Shown here: positions 37,328-50,140 of the stretch, in pieces | Numbering within the stretch: the first letter of the stretch is position 1 | How the letters are laid out: every line of letters starts with the position of its first letter | Source: Mobula birostris | Lineage: Eukaryota | Direction: 5' to 3' | DNA length: 64,000 nt | NCBI RefSeq assembly: GCF_030028105.1 | Contig: NC_092387.1 | Span: forward strand, 55,561,590 to 55,625,589 | The notes under the pieces: model-generated | What the model was told of the DNA's origin: nothing | Database searches by the model: none | Seen by the model: the letters and a program-made list of their open reading frames with translations, nothing else | Made by a program: the position numbers and the translations under genes

Positions 37328-37892
37328 CACTCATTGGCCACTTTATTAGATACATCTGTACACCTGCTTGTTAATACAAATATCTCATCAGCCAATCATG
37401 TGACGGCAACTCAATTCATAAAACCACGTGGACCTGGTCAAGAGGTACAATTGCTGTTCAGACCAGAATGGGGAAGAAATATGATCCAAGTGATTTTGAC
37501 CAGGAAATGATTGTTGGTGCCAGATGGGGTGGTTTGAGTATCTCAGAAATCGCTGATCTCCTGGGATTTTCACACACAACAGTCTCTAAACTTTACAGAG
37601 AATGGTGCGAAACACAAAAAAACATCCAGTGAGTGGCCATTCTGTGGGCAAAAACACCTTGTTAATGAAAGAGGACCTAAAGGAATGGCCGGACTGGTTC
37701 AAGCTGTCAGGAAGGCAACGGTAACTCAAATAACCAATGTGTTACAACAATGGTGTGCAGAAGAGCTTCCCTGAATACCCAAACTTTGAAAACTGAAGTG
37801 GATGGGCTATAGCAGCAGAAGAACACAAACGTATACTCATTGACCACTTTACTAGTTACAGAAAATACCTAATAAAGTGGCCAGTGAGTGTA
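37328..37892 (+). mobile_element. Non-autonomous Tc1/mariner element
   Basis: TIRs 'cactcattggccactttattag' and 'cctaataaagtggccagtgagtgta', with an internally deleted transposase. Confidence 0.85.
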
Positions 37893-38287
37893 GGAAGCAG
37901 TATTCCTGGGCTGCCCATTCCCAACAGTTTAGTCCAGTTCAGTTTATCATGTATTACTCTATGCTGCTGCTGCAAAACAACAAATTTCACAGCATACTGT
38001 GTGTCCATTGAGCACATTTACAAGGAGCGTTGCCATAACAAAGCATCAACCATCATCAAGGACCCCCAGCATCCAGCCCATGCCTTCTTCTCACTACTGC
38101 CATCAGGCAAGGAGATAAAAGAGCCTTAGGTCTCATACCTTCAGGTTTAGGGACAGTTACAGTTACCCTACAACCATCAGCATGGAGAATTTTACTCACT
38201 TCCATTCAGAACAGGTTCCACGACCTTCAGATTCACTTTCAAGGACATTACAACTCATGTTCTTAGTATAATCAATCAATTAATTAG

Positions 38288-38937
38288 ATTAGATTATGAG
38301 GACACACAGACCCCTTTTATTGTCATTTAATAATGAGACAATGTTCTTCCAGAATGATATCACAGAAACACAAGACAGACCAAGACTGGAAAACTGACAA
38401 AAACCACATAATTATAACATATAGTTACAACAGTGCAAAACAATACCGTAATTTAATAAAGAGCAGACCATGGGCACGGTAAAAAAGAGTCTCAAAGTCT
38501 CTCGAAAGTCTCATCATCTCACACAGACGGTAGAAGGAAGAAAACTCTCCCTGCCATGAACCTCCAGTATCGCAAACTTGCTGATGCAGCACCCTGGAAG
38601 CACCCGGCCACAGCCGACTCTTGAGTCCATCCGAAAACTTCGAGCCTCCGACCAGCCCTCCGACACCAAGCACCGAGCATCATCTCTGCCGAGCGCTTCG
38701 ACCCTGGCCCCGGCCGCCAAACAATAGGCAAAGCCGAGGATTTGGGGCCCTCCTCCGGAGATTCTCGATCGCACAGTAGCAGCGGCAGCGAAGTGGGCAT
38801 TTTCAGAAGTTTCTCTAGATGTTCCTCCGTGCTGTCTCCATCAAATCAGGATTGTGCACGGTACCCTACTTAACAAACACAGATATCATTCTGGAGTGAC
38901 CGCACGCGCTGTGTCGCACCGCCATCTTCTCCTCCCC
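38288..38937 (-). mobile_element. Full-length non-autonomous LINE-derived element (bipartite 5'/3' ends)
   Basis: TSD TTAATTAG at 38280-38287 and 38938-38945. 5' end GGGGAGGAGAAGATGGCGG (YY1-like) and (AATCT)n tail. Nested in a Rex fragment. Confidence 0.75.
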
Positions 38938-40324
38938 TTAATTAGCTAATTTATTTATTTGTTTATTCATTTATTTATCTGTACATGCAGTTTGTCTTCT
39001 TTTGCACAGTGGTTGTTTATCAGCCTTTGTTTATGTATGGTTGTTCATAAATTCTATTATATGTCTTTATTTTACTGTAAATGCCTGCAAAGAAAATTAA
39101 TCTCAATGTTGTATATGGTGACATACACATACTTTCGTAATAGATTTTGATACATCAGTGTCAGTAAACCTAACTCTGACTCATAAAAATAAACCAGAAT
39201 TGCTTTAGATAAATTCAGAGAGATCCGGGTGTTCCGGTGAATTCACAAAAAGCTGTGAATCTTTGATGATCCAGCACTCTCTGTACTGATACCTGACTGA
39301 TAGCTCTTCCAGACTATTGGATGTCAAAAAAAAATCTCAGTGCAGTTTTAATTCAGAGCAGCACACAAAATAAGGAGTGGATTTTCTCAGCAGTGAGAGA
39401 GCCTGGGACAAGAGTTCAGAGGCTCTGAATACGAGGGCATCTGTTAGAACCGAGATGAGGAAGAATTTCTTCTACCATTGGGTGGTGAATCTGTGAAATC
39501 CCTTGGCATAGACTGCTGTGGAGACCAAATCAATGACCTGATAGAAGTTTATTAAATGATGAGAGGCATAGTTAGCGTAGACAGAGAGTCAGCTTCAGTC
39601 CTGAGGAAGGGTCTCAGCCCAAAACGTCAACTATTTATTCATTTCCATAGACGCCGCCTGACCTGCTGAGTTCCAGCATTCTGTGTGTGTTACTTTAGAT
39701 AGAGAGTCTTTACTTGTCAATACTGGAGGTCATCGCTTTGAAGTGAGAGAAGAAAAGTTCAAAGGAGATGCATGAGGCAAGTTTTTGTTTACACAGAAAA
39801 TGAGTGTCTGGAATGTGTTGCCAAGGTGGAGTGGTGGAAGCAGAGACGATAGTATTAGACATTGAGTTGATGATGTCCAGTAGCTTTTTCTGGAGGGCAA
39901 CAATGAGGAGCAAATCTCACCATTACAGCTGTTTTATTAGCTGTTTGCAGGTCAGACAGGGTCAGGCTGTATCAGCAGGCAAGGCAGGGAAAGTAGTCAC
40001 AGAGGAACCTCAGAACATGCTCTCCTTTCATACTGCAAACAGGTATGAATGCTATTGGATAAGAAACCAGTGAACAGGTACCGACTGATTCACACTTCAG
40101 CTTCACAGGCGAAGAAACTACAGAAATATTGAACCAAATATGCTACAAGTTACTAGAAGTTTAAAGACAAACAGATTGCAGGAGTCATGCATCTGTTTTG
40201 CGCGGGTTGCTTTGACCCCAGCACCTGCAGAATATTTTGTGTTTATGCGTCTGTTTTCTATCTGCATTGTATTCTGAGTTGCGCATTTATTATGGTAACT
40301 AGTCATATGGGTAGGGTGTGGTAA

Positions 40325-40745
40325 AATTATTATCATCAACTGCCTATGAAGAGCTGCATCTCTGTCTGTCCTTAGCCTTGGCAGTGTTTAGGGCTTCCTT
40401 CATCGTGCCTGTAGCTTCCTCTCAGTTTTCACATCCGTCAGTCATGCAAATCCCAGGTGGAGACTTCGGAGTACTGTCACACTCAGATATAGGATTTTTC
40501 ATTACTGTTTCCGTAACATTTTCTTTTGATCTCTCAGGGTGATTAGACCTGAGCTGAACCCTCTGAATCTGGAGGACCGATGGACTGCTCTTCGTCTGGC
40601 TTCTACTCTTTGATCTGTTTAGCATGGGTGACCCTACCGAGAGTCAAAGTACAAGGCCCTAACTCCAGTTAACATAGCTCTCTGGGTCATTGAGGCATGC
40701 AAGCCTCCAAACTCTAGGACAAGGTCGTGGTCCTGTTGGAGGGGC
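40325..40745 (-). mobile_element. RTE-derived non-autonomous element (5'UTR + 3' end)
   Basis: 5' 'ggaccacgaccttgtc' RTE-like head, AKAKDRQR-like C-terminal remnant and 'gatgataataat' tail. Confidence 0.55.
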
Positions 40746-42470
40746 ATAGTAAAAGTGAAGGGAATAAGTTACGCCTGCCTTGCCTGCGGCAGTATGCAGC
40801 TGGCAGCCGATGGATGTCGTATCTTTTATTGACTGCTCAGTTACGCTCAATTTCACTTTGTTTCATCACTTCAAGATTGTATGTTTTCTAATTACTAATA
40901 AAAGATTGAATATGTATCTTCACCTTTGAAACAATCATTATTGGAGCTGAACGTGCATCATACAAGGATAACAAATCCAAGAGGCATATGAACAGGGCAA
41001 AAATATAGGGATACAGACCATGTGGGATTAGTTTAAATTGGCATCATGGTTAGCATATTCATGGTGGACTGAATGGCCTACTCCATGTTAAATTTTACCG
41101 CCAGTTCGGAAAATGTTTCCAAATATTAGTCTTGTACTTTCAATCATTGTGCTCTTAGCCATGGTTCTTCATTTAAAAGCCGTAAAAAAAAATCCTTTAT
41201 AAGTGACAATTACACAGCATTTTAGCTTGGAATTCATTGCAGCAACCTCCAGGCAAGATGCCGGGTCAGATCACTGGGTGAGTGGCTGTGCTGTGGCATA
41301 ACTGCCATCCTGTGTCTGGCACTGGAAATGCAGTAGACAGACAATGTTGATCCTTTTGGAAAACAGGTCAAACTGCAGATATTGCAATCTGAAGTTGAAA
41401 AAGAAAAGCTGGAAGAACTCAGCTAGTCAAGTGCATCTGTGAAAAATAAATTGATCAATATTTTAGTTCAGTAACCCTTCCTCTCCTGAGGAAAGATCAC
41501 TAACTCATATATGAATATGTGAGCAGAATTAAGGCATTCAGCCCATCGAGTCTGCTCCACCATTCAATTATGACTGATACTTTTTTTTCCAATCCTATTC
41601 TCCTGCCTTCTCCATGTAGCCCTAAACACCCTTGCTAATCAAAAAATTATCAATCTCTACCTCAAATCACACCCAACTACTTTGCCTCCACAGCCAGTTG
41701 TGGCAATGAATTCCACTGATTCACCACCCTCTGGCTAAAGAAATTCCTCCTCATCTCTCTAGTTAAGGAAGTTGTTTCATTCTGAAGAACAGGACAGTTT
41801 GTCTCTGAGCTTGAGACAGAACTATCTAGAAAAGGGAGAGAAGTAGCAAAAAACTTTCAAATGAAATTGGATGTTAATAGCAAAGGTGATAAAAGGGATG
41901 GGTTCCTTTGGGATGCAGGAAACAGCATCAATTTAGTCATCAATATCTAATACAGAAAGAGTTGGTAAGTCGTACCAGAGAAGGTTTGGAACAGGGACTC
42001 CTCCACATAGTCAACTAAGGCCTACGACAATGCCTGTGGCTGTATTTTTGATTTGTAGGAACTGAGAGGATTCAAAGGACAAGTTGTTCAGGGTAAGATA
42101 AGTTCATCCAGTTGGATGAGAGTGTTACTGGATGAGAATTGTGGTAGAGAAAGACATAGAGAAAGGCTTTAGGGCTTTTCTGGTGGGGGCGGAGAAGACG
42201 GAAGTGAATAAAGACTGAGATGGGGCAATTAAATGAATTGGTGTTCTCCAGCTTTTTGTGAATGTGATGCACCTGAGCAAATTTCCATTCACCAAAACCG
42301 TTCTCCTGCCTTTCATCCTGTAACATTTGACACTGTTTCTAAGTAAGAACTTGCCAACCTCTGTTTTAAGTCTACCTGATGACTTGGCCTCCACAGCTGT
42401 CTGTGGCAATAAATTCCACAGATTCCACACTCTGACTAAAGAATTTCCTCCTCACCTCTTTTCTAAAGGG

Positions 42471-43164
42471 TCAAGCTTTAAGTTCCTTGAGGTCAATATC
42501 AAAAATGACCTGACTTGGTCCAACCAAGCAGAGTCCATTGTCAAGAAGGCCCACCAGCGCCTTTACTTCCTGAGAAAACTAAAGAAATTTGGCCTGTCCC
42601 CTAAAACCCTCACTAATTTTTAGAGAGGCACCATAGAAAGCATTCTTCTAGAGTGCATCGCAACCTGGTATGGAAGTTGTCCTGTCCAAGACTGGAAGAA
42701 GCTGCAGAAGATTGTGAACACAGCCCAGCACATCACACAAGCCAATCTTCTGTCCTTGGACTCACTTTATACCGCACGCTGTCGGAGCAGTGCTGCCAGG
42801 ATAATCAAGGACACGACCCACCCAGCCAACACACTTTTCGTCCCTCTTCCCTCCGGGAGAAGGCTCAGGAGCTTGAAGACTCATACGGCCAGATTTGGGA
42901 ACAGCTTCTTTCCAACTGTGATAAGACTGCTGAACGGATCCTGACCTGGATCTGGGCCGTACCCTTCAAATATCCGGACCTGCCTCTTGGTTTTTTCGCA
43001 CTACCTTACTTTCCCTTTTCTATTTTCTATTTATGATTTATAATTTAAAATTTTAATATTTACTATCGATTTGTACTCCCAGGAGTGGGAAGTGCAGAAT
43101 CAAATATCGCTGTGGTGATTGTACGTTCTAGTATCAATTGTTTGGCGACAATAAAGTATAAAGT
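42471..43164 (+). mobile_element. Young Rex/Babar LINE 3' fragment inserted in a minus-strand CR1
   Basis: KKAHQRLYFLRKLKKFGLSPKTLTNF...LPSGRRLRSLKTHTARFGNSFFP with an (AAAGTAT)n tail. Confidence 0.85.
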
Positions 43165-43427
43165 ATCTTTCTATTCTGAGGCTATGTCCTCAGGCCCTAG
43201 AATCCTCCACTACAGGAAAAGTCCTCTACACCTCTATTCCATCTCAGCCTTTCAATATTCAATAGGTTTCAATGAGATCCGCCCCCCCACCGCCATTCTT
43301 CTAAACACCAGAGAATACAGGCCCAGAGCCATCAAATATTTCTCATACATTAACCCTTTTATTCGTAGGATCATTCTTGTAAACATCCTTTGGATCTTCT
43401 CCAATTTGACCACATCCTTTCTTAGAT

Positions 43428-43682
43428 TGTTTTTCTTTTTAAGCCCATCACCCCTACTGGGGCAAAGACTGCTGACAGTAGCTCAACAAATTCCTCTGTC
43501 CTTGGCCAGACTTCCACACCGTGTCCAGGTGTAGCCCCCGTGTATCCTTCCTCTTCCAGGGATGAGGTCTTTGAGCCTTCTGTTAGTGTTCTGTAGCACT
43601 GGGTAGTGATGGAATGGAGATGCTAGCCCCATGCCCAACTCCCCTCCTTTTGCAGCCGACTTGTGACCGTTCATGGCAGAGT
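43428..43682 (-). mobile_element. RTE-related SINE inserted in CR1
   Basis: 13-bp TSD TCCTTTCTTAGAT at 43415-43427 and 43683-43695. Confidence 0.7.
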
Positions 43683-44763
43683 TCCTTTCTTAGATAAGGG
43701 GCTCAAAACCGGCACTGCCATCATTTGTAACTTTTTGCCATTTTCTCCTTTAATATAAAATCAATTAAAAAACTAACTAATGTTCACAGGGAACAGGGAT
43801 TCGTTGCATAGAAGTCACCAAAGCCCACTTGCAGATATAACAAGTAATTTCAACTGCTCTGCGTGTGACCATAAGAAACTGAATAGATTTGTGAAGGCAT
43901 CTCAGTATATCATGGAAGCTAGCCTCCCTTCATAGATTCTGTCATCACTTCATGCTGCTTTGGTAAAGCAACCAACATAATCAAAGACCCATCCCACCCC
44001 GGACAATCTCGCTTCTTCCCCTCTCTCATTGGAGATAAGCTACAAAGCCTGAAAGTGCATACCACCAGGCTCAGAGACAGCTTCCATCTGCTGTTATAAG
44101 AGTATTGAATGGTTTCCTACAACAATAATATGGACTCTTGACCTCACAATTTGCCTCATTATGGCCTTTCACCTTATTGTCTACCTTCTCTGCCACACTT
44201 TATTCTGCATTCTATTATTTCCCCTTGAACTACCTCAATTCTGGGCAGATAGGGCTTGTCAGCCATGGTTTGCAGCTCATCTGAGACAAGGAAAACTCTG
44301 ATCTCAAACTTCTGCTGCCTTATGGCTATACTCACTCATAGTGGAGGGCCCAGGAGTAAACCCTTCAGGAGAAAAAAATCTGAAGCTGGAGAACCTAAGG
44401 CAATCCTACATTGAGTTCAATACTGACTGGCAGCTCCTGCGATGCCACAGCTAACAAACTGTGTTCACCTCTGCCATTCCTTTGGATCCATCAGCTGCAT
44501 GGACAATAGCTTGCTCTCTATATGGTACTGCCCTGGCTTGCGTATTAGCTTGTATAACCGTAGAGAGCTAGAATGCAACATCCATTGTCAACCCTGACCA
44601 ACAGAGGACCTCTCGCCACATCAATGCACTGATGTGATAAAATCATCTGTATAGACAGTGTGCAGAACAAAGTTTATTTCCATAGTATCTCAGTAGATCA
44701 TTGGACATCAGGAAAGAAGTAAATAAGGTTGAAAGAGTACCGAGAAAAGTTACAAGGATGTTA

Positions 44764-45367
44764 TGATTATGAGGATATGCAGTCCCCTTTTATTGTCATT
44801 TAGTAATGCATGCATTAAGAAATGATAAAAATATTTTTCCAGAATGATATCACAAAAACACACGACAAACCAACTTAAAAACTAACAAAAACCGCATAAT
44901 TATAACATATAGTTACAACAATGCAAAGCAATACCGTAATTTGATAAGAACAGATCATGGCACAGTAAAAACCTCAGAGCCTCTCGAAAGTCCCATCATC
45001 TCACGCAGACGGTAAACCTCCAGTGCCGCCAACTTGTCGATGCAGCATCCCGGAAGCATCCGACCACAATCCGACTCCGAGTCCGTCTGAAGAACTCCGA
45101 GCCTCCGACCAGCTCTCCGACACTGATGCACCGAGCATCATCTCTACTGAACATTTCGACCCTGGCCCCGGCAACAGGCGATATGCAAAGCCGAGGATTT
45201 GGGGCCTTCGTCTCCAGAGATTCTCGATCGCACAGTAGTAGCGGCAGCGAAGCAGGCATTTCAGAAGTTACTCCAGATGTTCCTCTGCTCTTCACGGCTG
45301 TCCCCCATCAAATCCGGATTAATGCACGGCCCCTAGTTACACATATCGATATCAATTCGGAACGGCC
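44764..45367 (-). mobile_element. Second copy of the 38288-38937 family, nested in a CR1 fragment (~44695-45810)
   Basis: Collinear with 38288-38900. GTTA is duplicated at the junctions and the CR1 frame resumes after it. Confidence 0.8.
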
Positions 45368-45921
45368 GTTACTGGGTCTGGAGTACCTGAGTTATAAGGA
45401 AAGATTGAATTGAATATGACTTTATTCCTTAGAATGTAGAAGATTGAGAAAAGCTTTGATAGAGGCAAACAAAATTATGAGTGGTATAGATAGGGTAAAT
45501 GCAAGCAGGTTTTTTTATCCCGTGGGGTCTGGGTGGGACTACAACCAGAGGTCACGAGTTAAGAGCGAAAGGTAATAAGTTTAAGGGGAACATGAGGGGA
45601 AACTTCTTCACTGAGAGGGTCATGGTACTGTGGAATGAGCTGCCAGCACAAGTGATGCATGCATGCTTGATTTCAACATCTGAGAAGACTGCATAGGTAC
45701 ATGGATGGTAGAGGTATGGAGTGCAGGTCGATGGGAATCAGCAGTTTAAGAGGTTTGGCACGGAGGAGATGGGCCAAAGGGCCTGTTTCTGTGCTGTACT
45801 TTCATATGATCCTGCATGTGACAATAATAAACCAATGTTATTTAGGACGCTAAATGATAAGCAAGCCTTGGTTATGGGACTAAGAGCCCGCCCGCGGAGG
45901 TTGAGGGGGGCTTTGTTGGGG

Positions 45922-46017
45922 GTGAGGAGTCTATAGCTCTTTGCGGCTCTGGAAATAGCCTTTGTTTAAGCGAGGAGGTTATGGCTCTTTCTGGTAGCTC
46001 TTGAAAGATCCTTGGTT
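45922..46017 (-). other. Two tandem histone-3'-end-like units (stem-loop + HDE-like motif) with no histone ORF
   Basis: Minus strand AACCAA-GGATCT-TTCA-AGAGCT-ACCAG-AAAGAGCCA (stem 46011-45996) and AACAAA-GGCTAT-TTCC-AGAGCC-GC-AAAGAGCTA (stem 45960-45945). Compare the histone consensus GGCTCT-TTTC-AGAGCC and the HDE AAAGAGCTG. Confidence 0.45.
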
Positions 46018-46139
46018 GGATTGGGTAAAGGCTGGTCACGATGCTGACATAACTGGCATTGGCAACTAGAGTCCGCCTTTAGTGCCTGCCAAAACAGAGA
46101 AAGCCTGTCCCCAACACAGATTCGGCCCCGGGCACTGGC

Positions 46140-46230
46140 GAATCAAATTTAAAGTTTGAAAATTATGTCATGAAACCTTTAGGGTCGATTGGCTGAGATC
46201 GATCTTCCGTCCGAAAATCCCACCAATTTC
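46140..46230. promoter_or_regulatory. Promoter-like block: CHR-like motifs, two CCAAT boxes and an ETS-like site
   Basis: TTTAAA 46148-46153, TTTGAA 46155-46160, ATTGG 46188-46192, CTTCCG 46204-46209, CCAAT 46223-46227, with local CpG enrichment. Confidence 0.45.
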
Positions 46231-49200
46231 AGAGTCAGAGTAAGATGTTTCTCTGGTGGGTATGTTCTGAAAGCCAACCTGAACTCAATGGGCTGAATAG
46301 GCACCCTCCTGCATCATGAGGAACTGTGACTTCCAGTACTAACAAAAGAAAATCAGACTGTCTCACATTTCAAGGCCATGTTATTTACTCGTTTATTGTC
46401 ATTTGCACAAGTGCACGTATGCATAAGTACAATGAATAACGTGTTGTACACCACATAGCATAACGTTCACAAGAAAAGCATAAATTATATATAATAATAA
46501 AAACACAATTAGAATAAAAAGAAAATAAAATCTATTGGCTAAAATATAATGACAATTAATGATTAACCTGTAATTATTAATTAACTATTATCCTGGAACT
46601 CCAACCATGTTGGAAACTGTGATGCACTTTCAGGTCAAATATCCAGAGCTTCGTCAGTTTTAAGAACTGTAGCCAACACTGTTAATCAAACAGTATTTTC
46701 AGGTTGTTTCAGCATTACACGCCCTCTGTCGTCTCGGTAATGCAACTGCCACAAAGATTAGCGGCATCAATAACAATTAATAGACATGGAGTGCTGCTCA
46801 CGAGCTCAGGGGAAAACACTCTCCTCAGCCCATCCTGTTCCAAAACGTACAGAGAGAGATAAAGCTAGGAGGAACGTGAAGAAGAATGCTTCATCCAGAG
46901 GGCAATTAAAATCTGAAACATGTGACTATTGTTATTTAATAATTATTATATTTTGCACTACTTTAGATGGTACTGCAGTCTGGATCATTCTGCTACACGG
47001 CACTTGTCACAGTATTTGTTTTATTACTCTGTGTGCTCCATGTAAACACGGAATTTCATTGCACCTTTGTGTCTACGACAATAAACTAATCTGTCTATCT
47101 ATCTATCCAAGGTATTGGTAGAGGAAGTTATTCTCACAACAGAAGTTTGCTGATTCAAGACCCACCCCAGGAAGCTGAGTACAAGGAATCTCATCTGAGG
47201 GTGTGTAGCATTGTTGGAGGGTCTTTCCTTGGATGGGACTTTAAACCGAGATCCAGGTTCACTGATGGACTTTAAGAGCCCCACTAAACTATTACAGAGA
47301 ATAGCAAGAACGTCCAGCCACCCAGACTCTGTCTTTGGGGAGTCTTTAGTGCAGTCTAGTAACCAAATGCCTGTAGACATGTCTTGACAGTCAGACCTAT
47401 GATGTATAAAAGAAATTCACAAAAGTATTGTCGCAAAAGTCCTAAACAGAAGCTTAAGCTTTATTTTAAACACTAGAGATTCAGCAGATGCTGGAAATCC
47501 AGAGCAAAACACACAAATGCTGAAGGAATTTTGCAGGTCAGGCAGCATCTATAGAGAGGGAATAAATAGTCAACATTTCTGGTCAAGATCCTGATTCCTT
47601 ATCACAGAACATACTGCCCTCTTACCTTCTAAGCATCCCATCCCAAAATTTTGATTATATATTCCCCTCTATAGATGTTGCCTGACCTGCTGAGTTTATT
47701 AGCTTTATTTTAATTATGTCCTTAAACATTAATTTAAATAACTAATAAAATATGTCCTTTCCTCTGGAGCTGTTGCCCCCTTTCATTGAATGGGGGGGGT
47801 CACCATATTTGCCCCAAGTTTAATCCATTTGGGGACAGATTTAGCTTGAGAGCTCAGCGTCTATGGAAAGCCATGTTGTCTTGCTAGGACTCCATGCAGT
47901 TGGCAGGGTTTGGATGGAAGACACTTCTGCTAAGTCCAGAAAACAGGAATTCCATAGAGAATCCCAGGTAAGGCCCAGAGTTAAGTGGTTTTCACGCAGA
48001 ACAACTCCTTCTAAGGTCAGACATAACACTACTGTTTAAGAAACATTGACTTCTGCAGATTGGTGACCATACTTCAAAACAAAATTCATTGGCCATGAAA
48101 TACTTTTGGATATCTAGAGGTGAGATCAATAGCTTCTGTTCAAAAAAAGTTCATCTGTGAACCCACTTACAAGTAGATTTTAATGCTAAACACAAGAGAT
48201 TCTGCAGATTCTGGAAATCAAGGGTAACACACAGATAATGTTCGTGGAGCTCAGCAGGTCAGGCAGCATCTATGGAAAAGAATAAAGGGTCGACATTTTG
48301 GGAAGGGTCTTGATTCAAAATATTGAATCTTTCTTCCTTTCCACAGATGCAATCTGACCTGCTGAGTTCCTCCAGCATTTTGTGGAGATTTTAATTCCCC
48401 CACTTTCACTTTTAGTTCTTGTTAAAAATAAATCTAATTTTGGGTTGATCCATGTATGGATTTAGAAAGTCAATGCCCAAACCCCAAGTTCCCTTACAGC
48501 CCCTGCTGGAAGGTGCTGGCTCTGGCTCCTGGACTGTGTCTGGTTTGAACAACTGAGAGCTGGTGTTGTTCTACGTGTTGGATATGTGGAGTCACACCCA
48601 ACTCAGGGCAGCACCAATTCTGATGGGTCCTGTCTGCTGGGTGGGTGATAGACTGTCAACCAGGACATTAACAGAGGCACCGCCAATGTTCTCAGCTCCA
48701 AGAGCAGAGACTGAGTGTGGGCAGTAGGAATTAGCCACAGCTCTTGATGCAGAATACTTACTCCTGAGGCTGTGGATTGGTGACAATGCTCATGAAAGTT
48801 GTTGTCCGCACTGCTAATTCATAGAATGAGCTTCCAGAAACTGCAGATAAATGCCCCCTGCATTGCTTCCTGTTGTGGAAGGTCTCTGAGCTTGACAGCT
48901 GAATTGGAAGAGGGGTAAAAGAAAGAGACATGCTCAGAGACAGAGACACACACACTGACTGAGACCGAGAGGGGAGATGGAGGTCTTGAACTACACACAG
49001 TCTCTTCCCCGACGGTAATTGAAATGGGACTAGTCAGTACAGGTACCAATGATTAAAAAGAGACTGTGTATGTACTGGCTGGATTAACACAGAAATACAC
49101 ACAGCAGCATGGGCTTTATTTTTTGTTAGTTCTGCTTATAAAGTGTACACAAAAAGGAAAACAGATTCAGTCTTTTGGTAGGCATAAAGGATTTAACACT

Positions 49201-49589
49201 GCTTTTTAATTCCATCTGGAAACAGCAAACGGATAAATGGTGGTCGGTAGTGTGAGGGGTGTCAGAACCTCACTGGAAATCACAGTATTTGACGAAGTGA
49301 AGGACTATGTGATGCCATCTGTGTTTCCAGAACTACCTGGCATTAAAGACCGTGCCATTTCTTGCATCAAGCACACTTGGCCGAGGAGAGGAACAAGACT
49401 CCCCCGCTTTGTGGCTTGGACACAAAGCTCTGTTGCTGAAGCCATGAGACGCTCCACCCATTTCCCTCTCCGGCTGTTGAATACGATTCCCAAGTCAGGA
49501 AAGCATTGCTTGGCAGGTAATTCTTTGCCGTGGGGAGGCTGACCAGATGGAGGGGGCCTCGCTTATTACCTCGTGTAGGGGAGAACTGG

Positions 49590-50140
49590 GAAAAGAAGGT
49601 AAACATATCCCAGAAGTGCTGCATAAACAGTGCCTCCAACATTGCCATAGACCCCTCCCATCCTTCCCACAGTCTCTGTGACCTCCTACCCTCAGGCAGA
49701 AGGTACTGCAGAAGAAGAACCAAAACTGTCAGACTGGGTGACAGCTTCTTCTCCCAGGCTGTTAACACGCTGCTGCCTGTGCGAATGCCCTGCTGCCTCC
49801 ACCCCCACCTACTCCTCAACTCATAGACACACCCTCATCCTCCACCGGTCACTTCTCATCTTTTAATGCTGCTGTTCCACATATTTATATGACTGCTTGG
49901 TTTATTATAATAGTGTCAGGAACATTATACAGTCTTACATAAACATGCATCTCGCACTTTATGTGAACCTGTCAATCTTCAGGCCATGCCACTGAGGGAT
50001 TTATGCGCAGGTTATTTTGTGACCATATGTGCTGTGTGTGACTACACGTGCTGTGTTTTGTACTCTGGTCCCAGAGGAACAATGTTTCATTTAGCTGTAT
50101 ATGTGGGTCGTTGAACGACTGTTAAGCTTAAACTTGAAAT
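49590..50140 (+). mobile_element. Rex/Babar LINE 3' fragment
   Basis: DPSHPSHSLCDLLPSGRRYCRRRTKTVRLGDSFFSQAV motif. Confidence 0.75.
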
